A stretch of DNA of 64,000 nt from Acutalibacteraceae bacterium. Its GTDB lineage: Bacteria > Bacillota > Clostridia > Oscillospirales > Acutalibacteraceae. Positions 9,001 to 18,300 of this stretch are shown one piece after another. The translations under genes and the position numbers were made by a program. Positions within the stretch are counted from its first letter, which is position 1. Each line of letters starts with the position of its first letter. The DNA lies in assembly GCA_045537815.1 (NCBI GenBank), contig JAZSQD010000127.1, forward strand, positions 28,949 to 92,948, written 5' to 3'. Under the pieces are notes generated by a model, which did no database searches, was not told the DNA's origin, and saw only the letters and a list, made by a program, of their open reading frames with translations.

Positions 9001-11884
9001 AGTTCATGATAAGTGCAATCAGGAACTCTTTAAGGTCTTTACATTTATCACCCTTACTTACAGAAATGGTGCCACCCTTTCCATCAGGATAGGTGTAATC
9101 GATTTCCCAATAATCAAGGGCATTGTCTCTTTTGATAACCTTTGTGAAATACTTGCTCTGACCCTTAATTGTGATATATTGAGCTGATTCAGAAGCAAGA
9201 TTTTCATTTTCGTGGTAGAAGAAGGTAATATCATCACCGTTGTAACCGATATAACCATATGTTACTTTACCGGTGTTTTTGTCGGTCTTTGTCTTCTGCT
9301 TATTACCCATAATGAGAGCACCGAGGAGTGAACCCATATCTTCTGAGATGAGCATTGCGTCAATAGAATCAACAGCGGCCGCCATGAGCTGTCTTGCTGT
9401 CTGGTTTGTCACAACGCCAACAGCATCAAGGATTTCCTGAATAAAGCCATAGTCAAGAGTGTCGAACCCTTCATCAAAGATATACTTATACATTGTTGCA
9501 TCGGTATATGACTCGCTATTGTATTTATCAAAAAGCATATGACGAATTATTAAATCAGCATCGCCGCTTGCACCGTCTCTGAGCTGCTTGAGCATATCAC
9601 GGTATGTTTCAGCCTGTGCTACAATTGAAGTCTGACCGTTCTGGTCTGCTGTAACGCTGTCGTAGTAATCGGAAACAACTGAGAACTCTCTTGCATAGTT
9701 GGGATCCTGAGCCTTGTTGTCTGCAAACTGCTCTGCGTTTTCATCATAAGCAGGAGCAGCGTTGAGGAACTTAAGAAGCACGCCGGGAAGAGCCTCACCG
9801 GCAACTGCACTGTAAGCACCGAGGATAGCTTCAAAGTTATGGTAAGCAACGACACCCTTGCCATCGTTTATGTTGCCGTCGCCTTCGTTGTAGTAGTAAT
9901 AAACCTGATCTATAAGGTCATAAATACGGTTAACTGCACGACGCTTAAGGTCGTTGATGAATTCATCGTAGGGCTTCATGCCTTCATCGCCGAAAATCTT
10001 AGCGAAAAGGTCTTTGGTACCTGCGTTTGTTGAAAGATCCTTACAGGACTTATAACCCATAGCGAGCATGTCGTCAACCATACCGGAAATCTGAGCATAT
10101 GTCATGCTACCGGTAAGAATTGCAGAACTCATATAGGCATCCATCTGTGCCTTGTATTCCTTGTATGTAGCACCGTTAACATCAAGGTTAACTACACCGG
10201 CTGCGTTGTAATACTTGAGCCAGTTTTCTTCGTTAAGTGTGATGAAAGTAGATGTACCTGCAAGTGAGCTGTCCTTACCAACGTTAGTGAGATAACCCCA
10301 CTGAACATTGCCTGCAGCATCTGTAATGTAGGGGAATACATTCTGCTCAAAAACTGCAACAACGTCAGCTACACCGACCTTGTCGCCAGTGCCGAAATAT
10401 AAATCTTCTGCGTAGTTATAGTTGTCGTGAACACAGTGCTCACCAAGCTGAGTACATGTGTACTCAACGTCATTGCCGTTTTCATCCTTTGCAGTGTAGG
10501 TGAAGCCTATGATTGTTCCGTCAGCAGCCTCAGTTACCTTGCCGCTGGCAGGGCACTTCTCGCTGCAGTTACCGTCACAGGAAACTTCCCACTTATGACC
10601 CATAGCTAAAGCTTCAGCTGATGTAACATAAGTGTGGGTTGTTGTAGCAGTGTCAACCATAGCCATAAACTGCTCAACGAAAGCTTCAAACTGCTCATTT
10701 GCAAAAGCTTCTGCAAGCTTGTGGCCGAGTGACTCGTGGCGAGCGACAACATCTTTATAATACTTAAAGCCTGAAAGACCATCTCTTCCGGCAAATGCCT
10801 CGATGATCAAATCTGTAATATTAACTGTTTCGTCACCGTTATAAGCGGTCTGCTCGTCCATATTATCAAATTCAAGCTGAATAAGCTTATATGTTTCAAG
10901 AAGATCTGCACCTGCAGTCTGCGTGCCCGCTGTTGTAAAGAGAGCTTCAAGGGCAGACTGATACTGGGTAGCATAAGCATCTGCTATATAGCCAACGATG
11001 TTGGTCTTATACCACTGCTTAACCTCTGCCCATTTTCTGTTACCTGTGATAGCAGGAGCAACGTATGCGTCCCATACTTCTTCATAGTTACCGACGGTAA
11101 CTGCAAGCTCATATGTAACGATATCTTCTGAAATGCTCCTAACTGTTTCGTTAAGTGTAGCAATATCCAGAGCTGAATAGTCTGTATTGAACCAAGTGTC
11201 GGCCTTTGTCTTAAAGTCAGCGATAGCTTCCTTTACCATAGCCATATTGGCAGCAAGTGACTCTGAGTCCTGCTGCTCATTCTTGAATTCAACGCCTGTA
11301 ACCTTACCGCCTGTTACGCTAAAGGTTGCAGTAGCACTGTAAAGCTGAAGATCGTTTTCACTTTCAGGGATAGCGTCAGCATCGGGAGCCCACTGAAGAA
11401 TATCAAAGCCTTCACCGATATAAAGGGTTGTGCTTGTGGTGGGAGCACCTAAAGCAAAGTAATCGAGAACCTCGTTATACTGAGCTTCGGTGAGAACCAT
11501 TGCACCGCTGTTCTTTACATCAGTTTTAACGGCATCATTGATTTCCTTTATGGACTTTGAACCGTCTGCATAGAACTCGGCTAAAGCCATGTATGCAGCG
11601 GTAACCCAGTGCCATGATGATGTGGATGAGTCAAGCTCAACTTCCCACACACCTGTAGTACTGGATTTGGGGACCTTCTTCAGATCGTCAGCCGTAGCGC
11701 CGCTCGCCTTGGCTGCAAGAATATAGTCCGCCAGTGTACCGTGGTGTAATTCGATACGTGTCATAAGGTTCTGGATAAGGGTAGGCTTATCAGCAGCACC
11801 TAAAACACCGAAGCACACCGACATGCTCGATACGATCATAACGACTGCGAGCACGATACTAAGTACTTTCTTTCCAACTTTCAT
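1..11884 (-). CDS. Giant secreted repeat protein. The 5' end is complete and the 3' end runs off the window (at least 3961 codons in the window). It is not listed in the supplied ORF track.
   Basis: ATG at 11884-11882 follows AAGGAGG (complement of 11893-11899). Hand translation gives MKVGKKVLSIVLAVVMIVSSMSVCFGVLGAADKPTL..., a Sec-type signal peptide. I checked this frame (first codon base = 1 mod 3) by hand and found it open at 11884-10030, 8520-8042, 6540-6122, 4500-4202, 2040-1802 and 800-2. Every short minus-strand ORF the track lists here lies in another frame and is S/L/T-rich shadow sequence. No stop-bounded ORF is listed in this frame, as expected for an ORF that leaves the window. 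Confidence 0.85.
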   Translation of the reverse strand, partial: MKVGKKVLSIVLAVVMIVSSMSVCFGVLGAADKPTLIQNLMTRIELHHGTLADYILAAKASGATADDLKKVPKSSTTGVWEVELDSSTSSWHWVTAAYMALAEFYADGSKSIKEINDAVKTDVKNSGAMVLTEAQYNEVLDYFALGAPTTSTTLYIGEGFDILQWAPDADAIPESENDLQLYSATATFSVTGGKVTGVEFKNEQQDSESLAANMAMVKEAIADFKTKADTWFNTDYSALDIATLNETVRSISEDIVTYELAVTVGNYEEVWDAYVAPAITGNRKWAEVKQWYKTNIVGYIADAYATQYQSALEALFTTAGTQTAGADLLETYKLIQLEFDNMDEQTAYNGDETVNITDLIIEAFAGRDGLSGFKYYKDVVARHESLGHKLAEAFANEQFEAFVEQFMAMVDTATTTHTYVTSAEALAMGHKWEVSCDGNCSEKCPASGKVTEAADGTIIGFTYTAKDENGNDVEYTCTQLGEHCVHDNYNYAEDLYFGTGDKVGVADVVAVFEQNVFPYITDAAGNVQWGYLTNVGKDSSLAGTSTFITLNEENWLKYYNAAGVVNLDVNGATYKEYKAQMDAYMSSAILTGSMTYAQISGMVDDMLAMGYKSCKDLSTNAGTKDLFAKIFGDEGMKPYDEFINDLKRRAVNRIYDLIDQVYYYYNEGDGNINDGKGVVAYHNFEAILGAYSAVAGEALPGVLLKFLNAAPAYDENAEQFADNKAQDPNYAREFSVVSDYYDSVTADQNGQTSIVAQAETYRDMLKQLRDGASGDADLIIRHMLFDKYNSESYTDATMYKYIFDEGFDTLDYGFIQEILDAVGVVTNQTARQLMAAAVDSIDAMLISEDMGSLLGALIMGNKQKTKTDKNTGKVTYGYIGYNGDDITFFYHENENLASESAQYITIKGQSKYFTKVIKRDNALDYWEIDYTYPDGKGGTISVSKGDKCKDLKEFLIALIMNYLYSGELHTMLFKLLNEMVGELIYNLEGKIDMNYYVARVQGSNAKMFPSFLRTALATMPQWYTEGWSGNSYNLGQNGVRFSDWFTGAIWSDQHYEKILEVCNQAPRFKEDSRTQGADGFWTRSYWKTETVLPNYTEVSNSADNPLAGIPQSAWDNLDSKAAWNIENKDEFYKALSAAVCGYQPILGGLISGSETPYILKVAINIILIGDVPIDGDITFTAKNDCLYDMLLIPLYELLGITDYAPASEIATAGDVNGGGQRGDVKCLPNYGYNLWSLLLDPLFNWLEGTLFANPVETILSLLPNLLAALEYNQILPKIEGLQLRYFYDVLGGIAKDDQSMDLYKDMISGLLTDNNLTLTKGIEGLLDSLTKTTRTKDQPAYNLNSDGSAPSNYYTNYLLEDEKNNKGEVLYYDYNENASNYDAKYTNPTTKQNEDNSKVTKKVAYKDESGNFYLANGVLSQILFDLAGEGIQEAFTWKNGVGTLRLVIPINRIMAMCDASYKTAAGVDYTHHVYHLNAEPADVLLVLLRWLMNDGVLTTVGNLLGAEGTLGTILGALTGQADNIAGILVSLLNTYNVDLYTYLDTYSTTLDNDASNDKMSWVLKDEYDVKSFVLGEYLTESTSAAYEGKTGVDKINAALKNVDNLIPTLIPTILNLLGDTIDGFLGKPLNLLGNELDLGFVKDILDEAVANKWDLSTIVANLVTSDELVQVLIELLFGTGAQSQVENDDGTVSTVVDSGLLGGILGGDDIGKFLPVFTDLGIDIRPYKFWSNTTGNFSNAGLSSWLAGQGANNQNTTWATVHAPARNADGTVKHDWFPSITATSTNEQKVDAFFKIISDLLSPLNVIFSLILCGEDLTYFDKLTLEGGNGYSTGLVMIIEALGVGNVKLDATKKYTASMSKADFMEYVFSRSDPSANQGGSRNWISVNSPLDPLFVAIRALLVGDTGTNFTGLLDSPLTVLLERIPNIAYFMYTYDTGEKDEAGLPIRTSNLAQSVKNLIGPVLKILDIVDPVLSKILELDVAQLISDFLDLETTINAAISKALAKEGMDENAINISSFIDFGALAALGGNMKTYNSNADALTFSSAINTIYRSEGVAGQAFVTLVRSVLTEDMLKLFSSLYENFIAKGGIDGTAKDPAEIVKLTNIANGLVDRCKTPNLDANGNYNGTAVDIIVGILVDLLTDYEPGSSVPMFYETLGEALNGNTADAAAIVNKYAVEHVGYDWDSVTKVKDADGNPTGDPLFTKAEVNQTMDSLDIVLSKAIPDILNILTSTGTLDLSKLGVELKAGSSGLFDIVAGLLGDLVFNDEMMTTIYDLLMGVFGGGVSSFRDVAKEAGFDFTAKTLYTATGEEAIGAGLKAYMDYNLNIAADGTVNGEDLTWEMIKKAHSIQGYEYDENGNVVIEDGEAKLAVSEDGAPVYDSTVAFYTQKTDAEGKYVYTYTNANGETVEYTSELANLKSFAVVTGTETVKEKDEEGNEIEVEKDVYKKYDLAPVYTETQNPEVTWSFGFLEGSENFYNNLDTFVSSLWDFISQLESILVGLFFGKTTNTAIKAFDTLNIEGQDTYTETILPLLRGFGLDAILTYLDTNKVLDERGNETDKTYLQALNEKRGQKYGAAEIPNTLIGDNAGMQAAMGTTGTDYDMEKFLQIVVNYVFYFVEVLAEYPIATLTNMLPTLAYFIVGDGLNEVVSNLLTFVMVLIERLGPVLAVDVNDLGAGLIDYLGTKTWTSFQEIFKFYEGKDGNKYFDEITYDESGNIIRTPVPAEEANISLTEALISFVSNIKIDMAGIYGYDEPYYRTITAFIDADVENAAWDIINANTDANGVTDEAKLEEARKLRSVALTDWLTSLAALGDPIGGNDTTSYSLTTESVTVTKDVAGKITKAEITETTKNVAEKDLVKIDEVNGQLTVSKADVLMFILDFVFTNTTLKEVLGSALGYDITDENGTDADLLDNILTGVFRNPDEVVDLIVTLFTDYSVAGTENVELMAIEEYHYDFYDDAGLTYDDVTADGYSGSVIARTKTSYAIDNLDKLVGTILNLFKADLTKEGALLNGIVDADADLTLNNLVNTLLEGYLFTDDILNELLGMLVGLLATDNVDNILGIVADILDNVKDANGNVLNINPSAFKNNDTLAELIGDAKTWKEVGEANKQYEYKYATLTLAEDGETLETATDDKGQVIYASYFNKSDALDGTTVTVDADNDGDKDDVVTLIAVYNEKQQSRTDTVDGVEKTYYTYYYNTVSKNGDGEDVTTKHTVEFEETGKTTYTSTTEFDEEGNAIEYQLAPEMVPDEDNQKTAIKFDAEWNIVAEPQYADGMTDAEKANADLIARMQSRENFVNVLWDIVSPLSMVLELFLLNGSITIYDEITIKGFAGYQGVILPIIEALGVPVLKDNEGYPYLAGYYRDQASFEAAVYGSDDPDNMAVGVTGKKVMLQSIADALFALVDSLCERPVSTLATVLPYLARFLESDGVDTILGNLLSPVTALTDLIKNIYDLDLMGLIKGLLYNLARDMEASNAAQTAAAYLEQQINEAQAANAAAGIAVIDTGDAPEIGNNTGVDFDKLTFMDIVWDLIKNVKIEVGEADENGVKEAIWLKDIITDTLFKTIASCAWYDVTGDGNVTIKSPVFNTTDLDDSYTENKVVAAEYVVDRETVLLTVLETIVFQPAVRDLLAKFVDMFDFSDESLKAYEFQNEAGEINLNGLLSVLVYGVFNDPQAIEALLINLLSWYNIVYEDARTAPEGLTGITEDTEIDWDNVPLNKAELNNLPTQLDSLITAVLPLVGELLPALGVNLTIDLKGDTVEAVVENLLTSLFKDTEDKAGLATTIFTALVNLFGKNKIDSILDLVYELTGGADGGVNLTLKYFKQQNATFNTVFAGCDTWEAAYNKFFTPDAYDATVHYTEAEDGTKTPYFNNGTNLLATMQVEDGSDDEGNKLYKTVPVIALATDKDGNNIPAAADAVAITDAYGTTYYTKAAAEGAEVLKIDGNTIYVAETKDGEV

Positions 11885-12288
11885 AAAATTTTCCTCCTTA
11901 AATGAAAGAATTATATATTACAAATAGGATTCCCTATAATAATACCGAGGCCTCAGACCCTAAAAAAGGGTGCAATATGCCCATAGAGACACCTATAACT
12001 ATAGGTAGTATATCATATGGATTGCAAGTTTTTCAATATATTTTTTAATTTTTTTTCAATTCTACATTTTGCATATATATAAAAAGTTTAATTTGGTAAG
12101 TTTAACAATGGTTTATTTTGGGCTTTTTTTTAGCAAATCTGTATGTTGGATTTGTCTGAAATCAAACCACAATATATTGGATTTTATTCTTTTTGTGTCT
12201 CCTTCTATGTAAAAATTTGTTTTTTCATTCAGGGAGCCTCCGTTTGTATCTGTCATGCTTTCACTTCTGCCAACTTTGCCGGCTTAGC

Positions 12289-12328
12289 AAAAAAACTGTC
12301 GGGTATCCGTGAGGGATACCCGACAGTT
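12289..12328 (-). terminator. Rho-independent terminator of the 2596-aa gene
   Basis: About 15-bp stem aactgtcgggtatcc / gggatacccgacagtt with loop gtga, followed on the minus strand by a T7 run. Confidence 0.8.
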
Positions 12329-12362
12329 GAGCTGTCAGATGTTTATTCTGATATTATATCTG

Positions 12363-15300
12363 TCAGATCCTTGAATCAGGACATGCGCAGCATGAAGGCT
12401 TGCCTGCGAAGAACTTAATGATCTTCTGGATAAGTCTGTAGAGGATACCCCAGAAATTATCCTTATGGCATGAGCACTTACATGATTCGTCAACGGGATT
12501 GTTTTCGGGCTGAGCAGTAATGTCACCGCCTGCAACTGAGCCGTCTTCGTTAACTGTAGTATCGTAATGAGTCTTTGTGCTGGTTACGTATACTCTGTAA
12601 TCACCGGGTTCAAGACCTGAGAAGATTACAACACCGTTAGCATCGGTTTCCTTATGTGTAAGGTATGTGTATGCACCGTCTGCCTGCTTTCTGAGAAGCT
12701 CAACTCTTACGTTTGCTGAAGGATTACCGTTTTCATCCTTAACAGTTGCCTTAACTGTGTAGCTGTCGCCGGGAATTTCTTCAGTCTTTGTTACGCCGCA
12801 GCGTGAACATGTGTATGTCATTACACCGGGAGTCTGAGTCTCATATATGGGAGGTGTTGTAACTACGCCGTTACCCCAAGCGTGACCGAGTGCGGGCTGA
12901 GTTGCGTTCACTGATGCATGATATGCACAGCCTGTACATGTGATGGACTGACCGCCTGCAGTTGTACATGTAGGATCAGTATATGCTGTCTGCTTGTTGT
13001 GATCTTCGAGCTCAAGAACGGGTCTTACAGTTGTGTCGCCCTTAACAACATATGTTGCATCCTTGTCCCATTCGCCGCTGAATACATAGTGTCCGTCTTC
13101 AGTGTAGTTATCCTTATAGTCAGTACCGATAATGGTAATTTCGTCTGTTTTACCAACATAAGCGGGAAGTGTTGCACCGTACTTAACCTCAACTGTGTAA
13201 AGAGCTACATCACCCTTATAGCTGAGATATGATACCTTAAACATCTTGTCTGTTGCAGTGAACTTAGCAACGAATGTGATGTCTGCAGTAGCCTTGCCGA
13301 GAACGGTAACTATTGTCTGAGTGTCGTCACCCTTAACAAACCAACCTGCGAATGTATATGTGCTTGCGTTGTCGTCAGGCTTAACGGGTGTTGTTGTGGG
13401 AGCAACGATATCTTCACCAAGCTGATAGTTCTTTGTGCCGAGGCTGAGGCCGTTGTAGTTTTCGAACTTAACGGTTACAGAAACCTTGTTTCTGCTGAGC
13501 TCTTCGCCGCAAACCGAGCACTTGACTACATAGTATGCAACGCCGTCCTTGTCAGTAACTGTTTCGCCGTTTTCAACCTTTTCGCCGTCTACGAGAACAT
13601 ATGAGCCGTCAGCATTCTTCTTGTATGCATCGTGGCCGAGTGCTGCCTTTGTTTCTACTTCGATTTCATCACCACAAGAGCAAATCTTTGCAGTAATTTC
13701 GGGAAGTACGCAATCAGCCTTCTGAATGATACCGTCCTTAACTTCCGGGTTAGCCTCGTCAACAACTGTACCAACCTTGGTATTTACAGCATATGTGTGA
13801 GCTGTAGCTGTAAAGCCTGCATAAAGTCTGGTCTTTTCTGTGATAGCACCTGACTTGATTGAGCCGTCAGCATTGAACTCGACTACGTATTCTTTTTCAC
13901 ATGCTGCATCGGTATACCACTTACCGCTGAATGCATAGTGGTATTCAGCATCATATGCCTTTCCAGGAAGAATGAGAACGTCGTCAGCTTCATCCTCTGT
14001 GCCCTTATTATCGATGTTAGCATATTCTACTACAGCACCGCCGTCAACCTTTGTTGTCCAGATAACCTCTGAGCCGTTGTAGAAGATTACTTCATACTCA
14101 ACAGGCACTGCAACGAAGTATGCTGTAAATGTTGCACTGTCTTCAACTGTGAAGTCTGTAACAAGAACACCTGCTGCATTCTTCCAGCCTCTGAATTCGA
14201 AGGTGTAAAGCTTCTTAAGTCTTGCATCTTCATTTGCATCCTTGTGCTTGAATACGGGAGTACCTGCAGGTACTCTTTCATCACCGTAAGCACCGACAAG
14301 GGTTGCATATACTGTTGTGTCTGATGTGCCGTCTGCAAGAGTCTCAGTCCATGTTGTGGGAACAACAAACTGATGTGTGTAGAGAATCTTGGTTGCCTTA
14401 TAGCTTGCCTTGAGGGTCATATCCTTTGTAACCTCAAGAGGAAGCTTGTATGTAGCACCTGCAGTCTCTTTACCGTCTTCGCCCTTGATTACTTCTACCC
14501 AACCTGCAAAGCTGTATCTGTTTTCCTTAGTTGCAGCCTTTTCGGGAGCGGTAACGTCGGTGTTAGCGATGTATTCGCCTTCGTCCTTTGTAATCTTTGC
14601 AAGCTCAGTGCCGTCTTCCTTAAGGAATGTAACTGTGAATGCTTCTACCTTATCAAGGTCCTTCTTACCGGTCCAGGGACATCCCTCAGTCTTACAAGCA
14701 TACTTAACATAGCCCTGAGTACCGGGAACTGAGTCAACCTTTTCTGTTACATACTTAACGTGTTCACCTGTTGCGGGAACAAGATAATACTTATAATATG
14801 TCTTGCCGTCAATTTCTTCTGTAACCTTAACTTCGGTTTCGTTTTCTTCGCCTTCGTTTTCAATTCTGGTTACATATGTGTAGTTTGCATCTGCATCCTC
14901 TGTGTAGCCGTATGCAGTTTCTGCAGTGGTGATAGCTGTACATACTGTACACTTTTCAACCATTGTGCCGGGCTGATAGCAGTTAGCTTCCTTAACAACT
15001 TCCCATGCCTTTTCGCCGTGACCCTTAGCTGCATAAATTTCGGGATCTGTTTCGTGGTCCTTATGCTCAATAGTTACACCGCAGGAGCAAGCCTTTGTAT
15101 AATAACCGTTGTTTACACAGTCTGCCTCTACCTCGGTAACTGTTACATCTTCATGATTTTTGTCATCAAGTTCAAGCTCCTTGGTAAGATAGCCGCCTTC
15201 GAGCTCGCCGTTACATTCGGTACAGTAAGCCTCGGCAAGACCGTTAGTCTTACAGGTTGATGCTGTTACTGTTGTGTAAATGATTTCGTCGTTATCGTCC

Positions 15301-18300
15301 TTTGCAAATACGTGACCGAGTGCGGGAATTGCGGGTGTTACGCCGTCTTCCTCAAACTCTGTGATAACTTCTTCACCGCAGTTTTCACACTTAACAACTA
15401 CATAACCGTTATTCACACAGTCTGCAGGAGTAACCTGAGGCTGACCCCATACGTGGTCAAGTGCGGGATATACATCGTCTGTCTTTACATCGCCGCAGAT
15501 GATACATACTTCCTTCTTGTAGCCGGCTGCACCACAGGTTGATGCCTGCTCGGTAAGGAGATATGAGTGATCAGCAACCTTAATCTTCTTTGAATACTTG
15601 TTGCCTGACTTATCTGTTGCAGTGATGATTACGTTGTCGATGCCTTCTGCATATTCGATTTCGTATGTGCCGGTTGTTGCATCTGCTTCGTATTCAACCT
15701 CTACAACTTCACCGTTAACGGTAAGAACAACGTCCTTTTCAATACCTGTTACAGTTGCAACACCGCAATAGGTGGGAACAGCTGCTTCATTTGATTCGCC
15801 CTCAACTGTGAAAGCAGGAGCATCATTATCATAGATGAACTTAGCGGTTCTTACCTTTCTGTTAAGCTGGTTACCGGCCTTATCTGTTACATAGTAGTAA
15901 ATGATATAGGCTTCGCCGCTTTCAAGGCTCTTGTATTTGATGTTGCCTTCTTCATCATACTGAACTTCGCCGTTTTCATCAAGGTCAGCAACAATGATAT
16001 CACCGAGCTTAACTGCAAAGTTGGCGTTATTTGTGAGAGCCTCTGACTCATCAACATAAACGTCGAGTGTGAGCTGCTGAGCTGCGCCGTAGTTTTCAGC
16101 TGTAAGAGTATACTTAGCGGGGAATGCAAAGGCTCTGATATACTTAACGCCCATACCGATACCGGAGGGATTGTAGAGAGCATCTACATCACCTGTATCA
16201 TTTGCTGTAATGATAACGTCAGTATTTGCGTTAACAAAAATGCTGATCTCATCGTTATCTGTAATGTTTGCAGCTTCACCCTCTGAGCTCCAGAACTTGC
16301 CGCCGAGATACATGGTACCTGTGCGGATCTCTTCATCGGTAAGCTTATCAATAGACTCAGTCTTGCTTGTCTTAGTCTTATCACATGAGCACCACTTAGT
16401 CATTTCACCCTCTGCATAGTAGGTGGGAGCTGTCTTAAGTTCACTGTTCTCTTTCGGGAAGACGTGATCGCCTTCTGTAAACTTAGCATAAATCTTAGTG
16501 TCTGCTGTGATAACTGTATCTGCTTCAAATGCTGTTGTGCAATCTGCGTCTGTGTACCAGCCGTCAAATGCGTCGTGCTTTTCTGCATCAACATAGCCTG
16601 CCTGAGGATCGGGAATTTCTGCAGTAGCACCGGAAGCAACGGTATATCTGGTTTCGTCGCCCTTGACAACTGTTGTTACTGTATAAACCTTATTTGTAAG
16701 AGTATAGGTTGCATAGAATTCCATTTCTGCAGTAACAATAATGCCTCTTTCATACTTAACTGCGTTGCCTTCTGCATCGTTGTAGTACCAGCCTGCGAAT
16801 ACGTAGTTCTGGCCCTCGGGAGCAGCTTCAAGGCAGGTGAGGTTATCAACTGCAGGTGTATAGAGCTTGCTGTTATAGGTATGATGTGTAGTTGCAAGAA
16901 GATTTGTTTCAACTTCCTTGCCGTTTTCATCTTCGCCGATAGTCTTGTCAGCAACCCATTCGTCGTTTACAAGTCTTGAGTTATACCACTTAACATTGTA
17001 ATACTTATAAACAGGCTTATACTGAGCGATGAAGGTTACATCGTAGCCTTCGCAGAAGGTGGGAACGGGCTTATCCCAACCGAGGAATACATAGTCGTAT
17101 GTTTCATCGGATGCTCTGCTCTGAGCTCCCACTGTAGCTCTGGCAACAAGTGCTTCAATGTTCTGACCCTTCTGATATTCACCTGCACCAAGCTGAACAG
17201 TGCCGTCGTGGTTCATAAATTTAACGGTAAATGTATCGGGAACGAACTTGAACTGTGAATAAAGTGTAAGATTGCCTGCTACCTTATCGGCAGTTGTAAT
17301 CTTGTTACCGTTTGTTGCGTCGGTATTTACCTGCTTCTGGTCATACCAACCCTGGAATTCATATGTACCGCCTTCACCTTCGTAGTCAGCGGGAACATAT
17401 TCTTCGTTTGTCTCTTCTATTATCCATGCAGGAACATTTGAGCCTTGAAGGATTCTTTCTGAATAGGTGTTTGCACCGTCAATATATGTTACGGTGAAGA
17501 AGGGAACAGGATTAGCATAAACAGCCTTGAAGGTTACGTTTGATGTGGGAGTAAAGCCTGTAAGCTCTGAAGTATAGAGCTTGTCGCCTACCTTCTTCTC
17601 TGCACCGCCGACACCCATAGCACCGGCACCTTCAATGATTTCCCACTGGTCTGCATAGGTGTAAAGCTGATCTTCGTGGTCCCAGTTTTCAGCGGGAGTA
17701 AGAGTCTCTACTGTAGAAGGAAGAATGAGCTCCTCATTCTTAACGGTTGCCTGCTTTGAAACATCTGCGCCCTTACCGTCTACATAATTGAATGTAACTG
17801 TGTAGGGAGTTGCAACAGGTGCACCGTAGGTTGCAGTAAGTGTAATGGGTTCAAGGTCTGCATTGCCGTCAAGGGCTGCTTCCTGAATTGAGATGTATTC
17901 GTTTGTGAAGGGGATGGTTGCTGCATAGCCAAGCTTTGCATCGCCGTCCTTGTTTGTGTATGTCCAACCGTCAAAGGTGTAGCCGAAGCCGCCTGTAACA
18001 TATGTATAAGGAACATAGTCTGTGGGAGGTACAAGGCTTGCACCGTACTTAACCTTGAGCTGTCTTGTTGCGTCAGCGCCTGTAGCGTCCTTATAGTTGA
18101 AGTTTACAACATAGGTCTTGGTGTGTCTTCTGTAAACTGCATAGTAGGTTGCATCGTTTCTTACAACCCAGTCGCTGTTAAGACCGATAGCAGTACCGTT
18201 TACGTCAAAGTCTGCATCCTCAAGAAGCACGTGGTAGTTCTTGCCTGTTGTGGGAACTACGCTTGACCAGCCGAGAAGCTCATAACTGAACTGAAGGTCG

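Noticed and set aside
1-11884. The lack of any long ORF in the track over 11.9 kb suggested a non-coding region, a pseudogene graveyard or a reassigned stop codon.
   Set aside because: Hand translation shows one continuous standard-code ORF that leaves the window, so the track apparently lists only stop-bounded ORFs. The listed 60-170-aa ORFs here are all out of frame or antisense and have S/L/T/Q-rich shadow composition.
12143-12535. ORFs 12143-12418 (+) and 12335-12535 (-) in the spacer between the giant genes.
   Set aside because: They overlap the terminator hairpin and the 3' end of the 2596-aa gene. They have no SD and low-complexity composition.
12918-16979. Several 60-170-aa plus-strand ORFs inside the 2596-aa gene (for example 14760-15260 and 16464-16979).
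   Set aside because: They are antisense shadow ORFs, Cys/Phe/Ile-rich and without translation signals. The minus-strand ORF is continuous and motif-rich.
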